In this document: one piece after another, positions 28,496 through 40,489 of the stretch
How the letters are laid out: every line of letters starts with the position of its first letter
How positions within the stretch are numbered: position 1 is the first letter of the stretch
Source: Schmidtea polychroa
Taxonomy: Eukaryota
DNA length: 64,000 bases
Direction of reading: 5' to 3'
Assembly: GCA_044892525.1 (NCBI GenBank)
Contig: CM097885.1
Coordinates: forward strand, 37,140,001 to 37,204,000
Notes under the pieces: generated by a model
Seen by the model: the letters and a program-made list of their open reading frames with translations, nothing else
Database searches by the model: none
Told to the model about the DNA's origin: nothing
Program-made: the position numbers and the translations under genes

Positions 28496-28830
28496 CTTCA
28501 CATTGGCAGTGCTTTTGGCAGTTTTTTATCCAAGGATGTACTCCTTATCTTTGATTCCAACATTCTTCTTAACTTTCTTTTATGTATTATTTGCACATCT
28601 TTACTTGAAAGACAATCACTAAGTTTCATTTTAAAAATGAACGAAGGAATCATCTTTTCTTCTAGACAAGTCTCAAGAAAAAAAATTTCTAGTTCTTTTC
28701 TTCTAAGTGCATTAAAAGTCTTCAATAATCTTTTGAATACTGGAACAGCAGAAACATGATTTTTGAATAAATAGTTAAACATACATGGCAATGTTTTAAT
28801 TATAAGATAACGCAAATCAAACATTCTTTT

Positions 28831-28869
28831 CACGATTAATTTCGACAGTTTTCCTGTCATCATTAGGTG
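28831..28869 (-). ncRNA. Minimal hammerhead (family B), G5A core mutant
   Basis: CAC CTAATGA T GACAG gaaaa CTGTC GAAA TTAATC GTG; palindromic stem III ATTAAT; AUC site. Confidence 0.8.
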
Positions 28870-29064
28870 GGATATAGTAACTCATTAAATTAAGGATTTT
28901 AAACAAATTTATTAATTATATATAAAAAAATTTTTTATTTTATAAAAAAAATATATTATTTTTTTAAAAATTTTAACATTTAAAATTTAATTTAATAATT
29001 TAAAAAATTTTTTTTAATTATTTAATTTAATACAACAATCAATATAAAAAACCTATTTAAAAAC

Positions 29065-29331
29065 TTATTTAAAAACACTCAACACACAAGTATTTACTGC
29101 ATTCTGCACATTAATTTTCGGATTCAATGATTTTATCAACAACGCCACACAAATCACACGTTCCCAATAATTATCAAAATTTTTTAATAAAATTTTAAAA
29201 TCAGACATACCTATTTTAATCTTAAAGCCCTTATTGTGCTCACCAATATGGGTCAAAGCCTTCGGTCTACAATGTTCTCGAGCTCGAATACAGAAATGAC
29301 GGGAAGTCTCTCCAATGTAAATCATTGCCAT
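29065..29331 (-). pseudogene. GIY-YIG endonuclease C-terminal part in the duplicated pseudo-LTR
   Basis: IYIGETSRHFCIRAREH...ALLIKSLNPKINVQ. Confidence 0.9.
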
Positions 29332-29362
29332 GTATGTTTAACTATTTATTATTATAATTATA

Positions 29363-29506
<144 letters not shown>

Positions 29507-29532
29507 AGAAAGCGCCAATCAAACATTCGTTT

Positions 29533-29566
29533 CACGATATACAGTTTTCCTGTCATCATCAGGTAG
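29533..29566 (-). ncRNA. Hammerhead remnant (family B) lacking the GAAA segment
   Basis: CTAC CTGATGA T GACAG gaaaa CTGT [CGAAAT missing] ATATC GTG. Confidence 0.7.
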
Positions 29567-30007
29567 GATATAACAACTATAGAAATTAAGGATTTTTAAA
29601 CTAATTTATTAATTGTATTAATTATTAATTATATAAAAAAATTTTTGATAAAAACATTTCATTCATTTAAAAATTATAATTAAAGTAATACATTATTTTA
29701 ACCTATTGAAATTTAATTTAGTAATTTATTAATTATTTAATTTAACAACAACAATTGATACATACAATATACAAAAAATTATTTAAAAACATTTAAAACA
29801 CAATTATTCTCTGTATTCTGCACATTAATTTTCAGATTCAATGACTTTATCAATAACGCCTCACAAATTTCACGTTCTCAATTATTATCAAAATTTTTTA
29901 ATACAATTTTAAAATCAGACATACATATTTTATTCTTACAGCCCTTATTGTGTTCATTAATAATGGTCAAGGCCTTCAGTCTATAATGTTCTCGAGCTCG
30001 ATTACAG

Positions 30008-30585
30008 GGTAAGGGTTAGAATAGTCGAATATGGAAGCCAAAAAAATCGTCGTCATAGAAAAAAAGCTTTTATAATTGTTAAAATCGTCGCCAATGTTGA
30101 AACCCGAAAAAATCGTCTAAAATTTAGTACAAAAATATAGTCGTCAATATTAAATTCTAAAAAAATAGTTTTTTCTATGTGTTCCCGATGGAATTTTAAA
30201 TTGAAACTTTGCAGAGAAGTAGAAAAATTTACGAAAAAATATATAGTTGCGGAAATACAAAAAACTTACCTTATATATTAGTAAACTATCCGACAGGATG
30301 TTTTGTCCCCCTAGGGGTACAGCGTCTAAGGGTATAGGTCACAAGGGTATACGTACATTCAACACCCGCACCCCACCCCCCCCCCCCTTCCCGACCGTGT
30401 GGAAAATTTATAATAACTAACGTTTATTAGTTAACTTTTTCCACAAAGTAATTTGAATTAAATTGTCGACGATTTTTTGGGATTTGTTAGATGTCGGTTA
30501 TTTTTTTGGGTTTGCAATCGGCTAATTTTTCACGATCTGTCGACATTTTGTTTGACTTCCATATTCGACTATTCTGACTTCTACC
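30008..30585. mobile_element. 578-bp non-autonomous TIR element (Merlin- or MULE-like) in the PLE GIY-YIG
   Basis: TIRs GGTAAGGGTTAGAATAGTCGAATATGGAAG / reverse complement GGTAGAAGTCAGAATAGTCGAATATGGAAG; exact TSD GATTACAG (30000-30007, 30586-30593). Confidence 0.88.
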
Positions 30586-31910
30586 GATTACAGAGATGAA
30601 GGAAGTCTCTCCAATGTATATGGCATTACACCCATTATATGTAAACTGATAAACGAAATCAGAACACAATTCGACAGGATTTTTAAACTTATTAATAAAT
30701 ATGTTGCGTACTTTTCATGAATTTAACACAATACTTTACATTTCCTAACTGCTTTCTTATTTTCCCTTTAATATCCTTCTGAGTACGGCAATACCAACAC
30801 AAATTTAGTTTCATCATCCTTATCCACACTATTTAATTTATTTAATTCATCCAACTCACATACCTCAACAAAATCACACCCATATATATTTTCTTAAGCA
30901 TGGATCCTTAGGATTTTTAATAAATTTATCGACAGTCTCTTTTACCATAATTATTAAAAAGGATTTTGAATAACCATTCTTCATTAAAAATTTAACTATA
31001 TAAACAATTTAACCATATATCGATAAATCTTTGTCTTAGCGTGTTTCTCTTTGCGTTATATTGACAGATACAAGAAAGCAAGTGTTGACCTTTTCTCTGT
31101 TTCACATGTGAATACAATGTTTTAATGTAAACTGTTCATATAATGCAAAAAACGGCTCAGCATACCCCTGATTATCAAATATAAGAAAAATATCATTTAT
31201 ATACTGTTTATAAACGGTTTCATACATTGGAAAGTGTAATTTTCTTTTAAAGATTGCAAAATATAATTGAAGCCATCGTTGGTGCTAAAGGAAAACCCAT
31301 AGCAACTCCGTCTATTTGTTGATACAATTCATTATTGAAAAGAAAATTGATTTTTGTATTTGCAAATTCAAAAATTTCATGAAACACCTTTCTATCCAAA
31401 ATATTATGTTGAGAGATTTTTTCATTCCATAACAAGCAACGTAACCCAATAGTTTCAACCAATGGTACATTAGTAAACAGACTGCAAACATCAAACGAAA
31501 CCATAATTTCATCCGCACTTTGTGTGTGGGAAACACTGCATTAAATCATAATTATTGTTTCTAGTTTCTAGATTGTTTCTAGTTTGTTTCCGTATATAAC
31601 TTTTGACATATATTATGATTGCAGACTGATATTCAATTAATTTCTTTACTAAACATTTAATAGAATCGTTTTGGTTCGATTGATGAGCATAGTGATACGA
31701 ATTCAAGACTTAAGAGATATTTGAATTCTTTATGAGTAGTTCTGTTTTTATTTCATCTTTCCACGAGACAGTCGCTGCTCTGAAGATGATTTGGTACATT
31801 ATCCAATAATGGTTTTAAGATATTTGAAAGAATATAACTTGTTTTAGTTGTTAATCCATTTGTGTTGGATACAATAGGTCTAATTTTGATAGTAGGACCC
31901 TTTTTATGAG

Positions 31911-31941
<31 letters not shown>

Positions 31942-31943
<2 letters not shown>

Positions 31944-32190
31944 AAACAATTACTAAAAACCAGTTACTAACAACCAGGTACTAACAACCAAATATCTACT
32001 ACCATATATTTACCACCAGGTACCAACAACCAGTTACTAATCCCTAAGTATTTACAACCAAATACTTAGAGACAGCTACCAATAACAAGGTACTAGCAAA
32101 TAAGTACTTACAAACAAATACCAATAACCAGATATCAACTTCCATATATTTACAACCAAGTATTTACAACTAGTTAGTAACCACTAAGAA
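31942..32190 (-). repeat. Inverted copy of the modular micro-unit repeat
   Basis: acaaccaggtact / aaccagttactaa units; reverse complement of 33975-34150. Confidence 0.75.
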
Positions 32191-32331
32191 ATAACACAAA
32201 AATAATGTCAATAAAATCAGATAAAGAAATAACACAAATAAATAAAGTGTTTAATAAAATACTTCAATTTCTTGTAATTCAATATAACAATCGCTAAATA
32301 ATGGCATCGATTTAAATCTAACGAAAAGCAC

Positions 32332-32385
<54 letters not shown>

Positions 32386-32509
32386 TAATTTTTTGATTTA
32401 TAGAGTTCGAGGAAGCTTGTGTTTGAACTGGTGATTTGTGTGGGTATTTTGAATTGGCGGATTTGGATTTAGAATGGATTTATAATTTTGTTTTGAATTT
32501 TCGTGAAAT

Positions 32510-32947
32510 ATGAAAGATAATGAATGTTTGATATGTCGTATTTCAATGAGCAATATAGCGAAGGTAATATTTGAAAGTTGTAGACATGCGTTTTGCATCT
32601 GTTGTGTGAAGAGATGTCTTTTCAGCAGTGAAAGTTGTCCATGTGAGCGTGGCTCAACAAGATCGTTGCAAATGATTAATGGAAGTTTATCAAAACGATT
32701 GGAAATCAACGATTTAATTTCTGTAAATCATGAAATGACAGAAGAGGAACTCCAAGATATGTTTATGAAATTTCCCCAAAGTAATAAAAAGATAAACTTG
32801 CAAACTTATGGATATGATATTCTATTCAATCGAGCTCTTAAAAAGATCAACACAACCCCAATGTTTATTAGCCGAAGTGTTGAACAATTATCCAATGTTT
32901 CAATATCAGTAAAATATGGCTCAATCTCAAGTTATTGGACACCATAA
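32510..32947 (+). CDS. Intronless RING-finger (C3HC4-like) ORF; C-terminus possibly frameshifted
   Basis: CLIC-x14-CRHAFCICC-x10-CPCER; the last ligand is atypical, as in CPxDR-type RINGs. Confidence 0.65.
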   Translation: MKDNECLICRISMSNIAKVIFESCRHAFCICCVKRCLFSSESCPCERGSTRSLQMINGSLSKRLEINDLISVNHEMTEEELQDMFMKFPQSNKKINLQTYGYDILFNRALKKINTTPMFISRSVEQLSNVSISVKYGSISSYWTP

Positions 32948-33215
32948 ATGGTTTTGTACAAATAAAGCTTGTGATATTAATTACAATGAAATTCTTCTGA
33001 TGTGTCTTAGATTTAAACATCTTGTTTGATTTCAACTTTTGTGAGTTTTAAAAGTTTTAAAAATTTTAAAAATTTTTTTTAATTTTTAACGTTTGAATAT
33101 AAAAAACAGAATTTTGTAAATTTTTGGCGAAATTAATTTTAAAAAAATTAATGAATTAGTTAATTAGTTTGTTTAAAAAGAGAGCAATTTATATTGGTTT
33201 AGTTAGATTTCAATT

Positions 33216-33256
33216 CTACCCGAAGATGACAGTGATTCTGTCGAAATATATTGTAG
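33216..33256 (+). ncRNA. Minimal hammerhead (family B) with U4C change
   Basis: CTAC CCGAAGA T GACAG tgatt CTGTC GAAA TATA TT GTAG; perfect stems I and II; palindromic stem III ATATAT. Confidence 0.78.
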
Positions 33257-33974
33257 TAAAATATATATATTGGATTTGGTGCTTTTCGTTAGATTCTTGT
33301 AATTCATTCGATTCTTCGTGAAATTCTAATTTTTCATTATCATAACCTTATTTTTCGCCATCAACTAAATTTTGCAAAAATCCAACAACAATAAAAACTG
33401 TCAATTAACCATCCACTAAGATATCGAGGTTGCATATGACATTTCCGAATTCTTAATTTATATGCTAAAAGTGAAAAATTAAATATATGTGCTTGGTTTA
33501 ACATTAAATAATTTTGTAAGATTTACTGTAAGTAAATTATTATCTGGTAAATAAAATAGTTGACAATTAGGTATATTTTTAAGTGAATATTTAAATTATA
33601 TTTAATGGTTCGACTTTAAATGAAATTTGGTATTCATTGATAAAATGAATATATGTTTTTGCTTAGTTGGTAACTGGATGTTAGTAACCAGTTGCTGATA
33701 CCTGGTTTTCAGTACTTGAGTGTTGTATCAGATAGCAGAAATCAATATTGAAGAAATTGTTCGTACAAGTGTACTGAAATGTTGGAAGACGATATGGGTT
33801 TCAGCGATCCAGCAAAATTTCCACGTCCTTATCGATGCCGATGTTGCCAAGAAAATTAGTTCATATTTTACTGGTAGAATTAAGAAGAGCTAATTATAAG
33901 CAAATATGTAATGAATAATAAAATTTGTATCTTTATTTTCTTTTATTGTAACTTTTATTGTATTTTCATGTGTT

Positions 33975-34643
33975 TGTTAGCATATGGCTGTTGATACCTA
34001 GTTGTTAGTACTTCGTTTTAAGTTCTTAGTTGTTAGTACCTGGTTGTAAGTAATTTGTTATTAGTAATTGGTTGTTGGTATTTGTTTGTAAGTACCTGGT
34101 TGTAAGTACTTAGTGGTTAGTAACTGATTGTTAGTACCGGGTTGTTGGTTGAATTATTATTATTATTTACAAAAATTTATTTAATTTAAATTTGCATAAA
34201 AATTAATTTTTAAAATTATTATATTAAAATTTAATTCAAAATTTACCCTAGAAAAATATTTCATAAAAACCTAAATTATTGCATTAAAAATGTCTTTACT
34301 TTTTTTAATTTCTCAGAAGACATCGTTTCTTAAAAATATCTTACATTAATTTTAAATTATTACTCTAATTTACGTTAATTTAATTAATTTAAAATTATTA
34401 CTTTACTTATTTAAAAATGACTACGTTTGAATTTAATCATTTTAATTGACTTATTTACTTTAATTTCTCAGAAGACGTCGAATCTTTAAAATATTTTACC
34501 CTAAATTCCTGTTCAAAAATCCTGGGACCAAAACAACCCCACATTATAATATTTCAGATTGTCAAAAAATCATTGTAGCCCTCTGGACCCTAGTTTATTT
34601 TAACCTGAAAAAAATTAGCCTGAAATATCCTCTCACTATAGTG
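33975..34643 (+). repeat. Modular repeat arm ending in CACTATAGTG
   Basis: Homologous to 27950-28495. Confidence 0.75.
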
Positions 34644-34999
34644 TGTGAATGCTTCAAATGTACACCGGATGATCTTGCTGCAGTGTCCGGATATCTACTT
34701 ACTAATCTAGTAAAACTGAAAATTAATAAAACTTATATTTTTAATGTTTAACACACTTTGTTGGTTTTGTATTGATGTGGAAAATGTTCCAAAATTTGGG
34801 GCTGCCCTACACATAAATAGTCAAAACAGTAATTTTAAATGCGTTTTCCCTACGCCAAAAAAGCAAAACTAAATTAATTTTGAATTAGAAAAACAAACAA
34901 ATCAAAATTTTCAAACTATTATCTGAAAAATAATTAAAAATGATCCAATAAAAATTGATGGGAAATTGAGACAATGAAACTTTTTAATAAAGATTTAGT

Positions 35000-35900
35000 G
35001 ATAACCGGGAAACTTATGCAAGAATCGGGATATAATCGTAACAATGAAAAGATAATTACAAATACCGACAAAGAGAGAAAATAAATCCTCCAAACCTAAT
35101 TTTAAAATTTCACATTTCTCCAGTTGCTTATCAATTATATAGTAAAACAAATTCATGGATTGAAAATTCTTAGGAGAATTTATTTTTCAAATTCCGGGAT
35201 TAGATAATCTCGTATGAAATTTTCAAGATAAATTAACATTGTTGAAAATATATCTTTTTTTATAATACATTATGTAATTAGAAAAGAACTGATTGTTTAT
35301 ATTGCACTGATCCTTTTATTCATGATGAGAAACTTTTAAAAATTTTTAAAATATTTTTCATCTATCACAGCTTTATCGTCCTTGTTGTTTTGCATTTCAT
35401 TGCGTTAATTCCTTTTGATAAAAATATCTTTGAACATGACTCAATAGATTCTATAAAACTGTTTTAAGAAAGAAAGCATGACATTTTTAAATGAATATAT
35501 TAATTTTAAATTTCTATAATAAGAAATAGGGATTTTAAATACGCTAACTTTTCATTGACCATACAAAAGCGAAATCTAATAATTGCAATCTTAGATTGAG
35601 TATTCCAAAATAAATGAAAATAACTGAAAATAATTATGCTAAACCTTTATTTAACTTCCTATTAAAAATAAGGATGGACAAAATTGTGAAATGAGTCTGT
35701 CTTCGGATAGTCAAATCGGAGGTAGCTTGTGTAATTTTCTTTCAATCATAGAGGTTGGAGGTAATAAAATTAAAACCTTATAGAAAAGAAAAATTTCTAA
35801 TTTAGCCAAATCCTTTAGATTATATGAAACCTTGTCTAGATAAATTTGCTTCAATTGAAAATTTTCCAAAAGTGATAAATCGACAGTAAGAGTTGAGATA
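35000..35900 (-). pseudogene. Very decayed PLE-like RT remnant
   Basis: Weak motif ..KLHK..DLTIR around 35690-35765 and N.F.F...Y around 35250-35310; boundaries approximate. Confidence 0.3.
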
Positions 35901-35983
35901 AAATTTCTTACATCTGTGTATTAATTAGATTTGAACATGCACATTTACATCATGGTCCTTCAATGAATAAATAATGTTATTAA

Positions 35984-36033
<50 letters not shown>

Positions 36034-36679
36034 GTAAACTGATCAATGTGGAATTTGTTAAATTGGTTGGATTTTGTACATATATCATTTTGTGAACATC
36101 TATTGTTGATGAAAATATTTTTCAATATATTTGACAATTACTTTTGAAACTAATTCCTAATTTTAACAATAACATTTCATCTAATCGACAGTTAATTTAC
36201 ATAATTTATATTCTATGTATAAATCTTAGCATTTTGATAATGATTATAACATTTATTATGTCTGTTTTAGGAAATGAAACATTTAAAAGGCTTTAAAATA
36301 ATAATTAATATATAAGCGATGAATGTGCTCATTACAGTTGTATATTGAAATTTTCTGGGTTTATAAAATAGCGTCAATAATTAGTAAATAGCATTAATAA
36401 TAATAAGTTTTAATAAAAATTATAAAAATAAAAAAAATAATTTCAAAAGACCACAGAAACGAAACAAAATATAAAAATAATTACTAACATGGAATTAAAC
36501 TCATCAATATACATGTATTGAAAAACAGAAAATAAAATACTATAACCACCAATAAAATCTTGTATGCTAAGTTTATAAGTCTCAATGACTATACAAAATT
36601 AAAACATACAATACATAGCTTAGCTTGTACAGCATTGGAAAATATATAATTGTGTTGAAAACAGTTATTGGTGTTTAAT

Positions 36680-37050
36680 TCTCATCGAATAATCTGTCAA
36701 ATCTCTCCAGTCAAATCTATGAGTCCATACAAAACTTTCATAAAATTCCCATAATGTGTTACACCATCTCCGGAATCTAAAACGATACCCGATGTACGAG
36801 CAGAAGCGTACAAAGAAAGAGCTGCTAGAATTGCAACATAAATGAATGGAAAACTGAATGTTTCATACATAATTTTTCACCAACATAGCTATCTGTTTGA
36901 CAAATACCAGCTACAACTCCTTGATGACTTAGTTGACCAACAATTGAAGGAAACCCAGTTTTTGGAGCATCATTCTCATCAAATCTAGCTTTGCACATCT
37001 TATATCCATTAAAAAATAACCAAAGCGACAACATCTTTTTTCATCTTCAT
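36680..37050 (-). pseudogene. act: Actin pseudogene, intronless in the retained part, internally deleted and 3' truncated
   Basis: MCKARFDENDAPKTGFPSIVG..HQGVV..DSYVGE fused to [35 protein letters not shown]...RDLTDY. Confidence 0.93.
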
Positions 37051-38228
37051 TGTGACAAATATTTGAATTAAAAGAAATTAAAATCCATTAATCAAAACTT
37101 TTTATTTCAGCACAATTTGAAAATTCATTTTAACCAAACAAAATAAAAGAAACTCGAAAATCTAGAAAACGTCCAAAACCGACCTCAATCCAAATTAACA
37201 ATTAAACTCAATTAAACCAAACTTAAAATCATAAAATCCAATTCCTTGGTGTTTGTCAAATAGCTGTGTGCACGCAGACGCGAGTAGTTGGAATCAATCG
37301 GTATAGAACATTTTGATGAAGGTCATTTTATAAACAATTTTTTTTAATTAATAAATCTTTAAATCTGTTCTATCTTTATTTATTTAAATTATTTATTTAT
37401 TTACTTAATTTTATAATCTATCAAAAGCCCACGGGATGTTTTCTGAATAGTTTAAAAATATAAAAATTTCTCTAAAAATTGCTGGTACACATTGAAGTAG
37501 TCATTTAATTAGTTTTAGAGTCTTAAAAATAAAATTTAAGTATAGCTTTGATATCTTAAAATCGTATTAATTCTCAAACATATTTTCATTAAAAATAAAA
37601 TGTTAAAAATAAATCTACCATGAAAAAATCCTTTTTTAAAATTTACACATTATAACTTTACAAAATTAAAAAATCTAAAATTTTGCCAAAAATAATAGAA
37701 TTGATTAACAGATACTCTCTGAGAGTTTTGGAGATAAAATTCAAAATATTTGACAGAGTTGAATTAATAATTAAAACGCGATTCAACATCAAAAATAAAG
37801 GCGAGAATCGACTCTAATACGCGTAAATGTCGAGAAATTATTATTCCCAGAGATAATTTGCATTTCATTTATTATTTAAAACGGGTTTCAATTAATAAAT
37901 TCTTCTTTAATTTATACAATTTCACATACATTTTCGCGATTTCACGCATGCACAAATCCTCAATACCAGTATTGGCTTTATGAAACATACAAAACAACTT
38001 GAACAATGGAAAATGCAATAAAATTCCAAATGTCAAATAATCTACCGATAAGAGTTGGGCACAGTCACGGCATTTCCTTTTGAGAATTTTTAGATTTTAT
38101 TAAATATTAGTTAATTATTTCTTAAAAAATAAATTTTATAGAATAAATTATAGAATAAAAATTAGAAAAATAATTATTACATTTCAATTATTAAAACAAT
38201 TATATAATTAATTATTATCATTTATTAT

Positions 38229-38270
<42 letters not shown>

Positions 38271-38279
38271 TTATTTTTA

Positions 38280-38418
38280 TTGTATTTATTAAAAAGCTTG
38301 AATCAGTAAATATATATGGATGTTTTTGATATATTTACTGATTCATAGTAAAGCTTTTTAATAAATACAATGTCAATGGAAAAGAAATCAGTGGTGAAAT
38401 TTGAAGAAAAAAGTTCTT

Positions 38419-38470
<52 letters not shown>
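38280..38470. mobile_element. Family C pseudo-LTR tail with inverted 5' copy, between (TA)n and (AAT)n/(ATT)n
   Basis: tgtatttattaaaaagct..gaatcagtaaatatat / atatttactgattc..agctttttaataaataca, then the tail ending aagttcttataataataat. Confidence 0.7.
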
Positions 38471-39331
38471 CGTCAAAGAAATCCTGTTGATAATTCAACA
38501 ATGGAAATAATTTTCTATTTTTATCTAATTCCAATATTATGTCGTAGAAAAAATTAACTTATAAAATATTTAAAATTACATATTTCTAATAGCAATAAAA
38601 CTTAATCCATTGCTTAAGGGTACTCCTTAACTACTTGTATAATTGCTTTTAAATATAACTTTAAGGCAAAAATAAAGGAAAACAACACTAATGTCTGTCT
38701 TAGTAACATTTATTTTGTCATAAATTGTACCAATAATGCAATATGTAAAGCTCTATAAATAAAACTGATTTGATTTCTCCTTTTAATTTGTCACGCTATT
38801 TTAGAGTTTCATAGGGCGCTTTATGTCAGAAGAAGACCTCAAATATTACAATAATCTACATTTAATTAAAAAAATTATTTATTTAATTTTTTATTAGAGT
38901 GAAAATTTGGGTTAAAAATATTTCATTTCACATAAACTGCCGAAATGGCTTATTTATTTATTGGAATTATAATTTTATAAATATATCTATTATTGACAAA
39001 TTATTTTAAAGTGTATTATTATTTATTGTTGATATTGTTAATTAAATTTAAATAGTAATATTTATGTTATTAGATCATGTCTAACGAACCAAAATTGTTA
39101 CGCGGGTCCCAGATAAAGTAATTTAAAAGTTTTTGTTTAATCATTGACAACAATATGTTTACCATTAATTAATTTTTTTTAACTTAAGAGGGCCGTATTT
39201 AAATTGTTGACTGACTACGGGTCAGACATTACAGAAATCCAAAATATATAAAATACTCTTATTGTCTCTTTAAAATGTTCCTTTTTGAAATGTTATTAAT
39301 GTTGGGTTATTGGGTTGGTGATAAATTTAAA

Positions 39332-40270
39332 TGTTACTCTGACTCCAAGCGTGTCTTTGACTGATTCACAAATAACACTTGACAACAGAAATCTTTATTG
39401 ATAATCACAAATAAACTTTCTCTTTACACTGACAATAAATTCAACATTCTGCTTATTACAATGCTTATTACAACACTCGATGAGGAATAGGACTTGCGTA
39501 TAATACCGGATTAAAAGATCACAAATTAACTGATTGGTTTGTCAACTGGGACTTTGAGCTGGTTGTTTTCTTTGACCTTCTTCACAAGTTTATTCAAATA
39601 ATCAAGTAACTTCTTTTCGTTTAATTTTTTCAACTAATTCTTTTATTCTAATCTTCTCCAACAATTATTCTTCACAATTATTTTCTTTACAATCCTTTTC
39701 ACACTCGTTTCTCCAACAACGTTTCGTCCGACGTTGTCTAATTTTCTCCAATAATTGTATCTCTCAAACTGTTTCTCAAATCGTCTCACAAATTGTCTCT
39801 CAAATTGTCTTACAAATAATCTCTCAAATCATCTCACAAATTATCGCTCACTTTTCCAAATTTTGTTCTCCTTTCGTGTCCACCAGTTTTCCTTTATATA
39901 GTTATTTTATTTATGGCACTGGCGACAGATTTTGTTTTCCCATTTCCGTTTTCTTCTGTGTTCCCCGCTATGTCAGCCTTATCTCTGACAGATGTCGAGA
40001 TATTTTTCTTTCCATTTTTTGTTTAACAACCTTTCCCAGTAATTCTGTTATCACTGGCAAGCTGTCAAGATAAGGATATTGTTTTCTTTTTTCCACGATT
40101 TCAAAATTCCTTTTCCTTTTTGTACTAATTAATAAGTACTGACCTTGGTTTTTATTTTCATGTTTGATTCCTTTTGTTTCCTTCCTCTTCCTCATTTCTC
40201 ATTTCTTTTTGTTTCCGCTTTCTTTTCTGAGTTCCCATAGATGTCCCGTTTGTCATGACGATCTTCCCCC
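39332..40270 (-). mobile_element. LTR (~930 bp) with adjacent polypurine tract
   Basis: Minus strand: PPT GGGGGAAGA, start (T)CGTCATGACA, end GAGTCAGAGTAACA, AATAAA near the end. Internal ~12-bp minisatellite at 39760-39850. Confidence 0.65.
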
Positions 40271-40349
40271 AGGTAATTTATTTATTTATTATGTTATTTT
40301 CCATTTAGGTATCCTCAACATTAATGACATAATAATTGATTCACGATTA

Positions 40350-40489
<140 letters not shown>

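Larger units (their letters stand above)
32282..33293 (+). mobile_element. PLE-type retroposed unit with RING ORF, 3' hammerhead, inverted 5' tail copy and 13-bp TSD
   Basis: TTCTTGTAATTCA at 32269-32281 and 33294-33306. 32315-32340 is the exact reverse complement of 33270-33295, continuing into (TA)n. HHR at 33216-33256. Confidence 0.75.
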
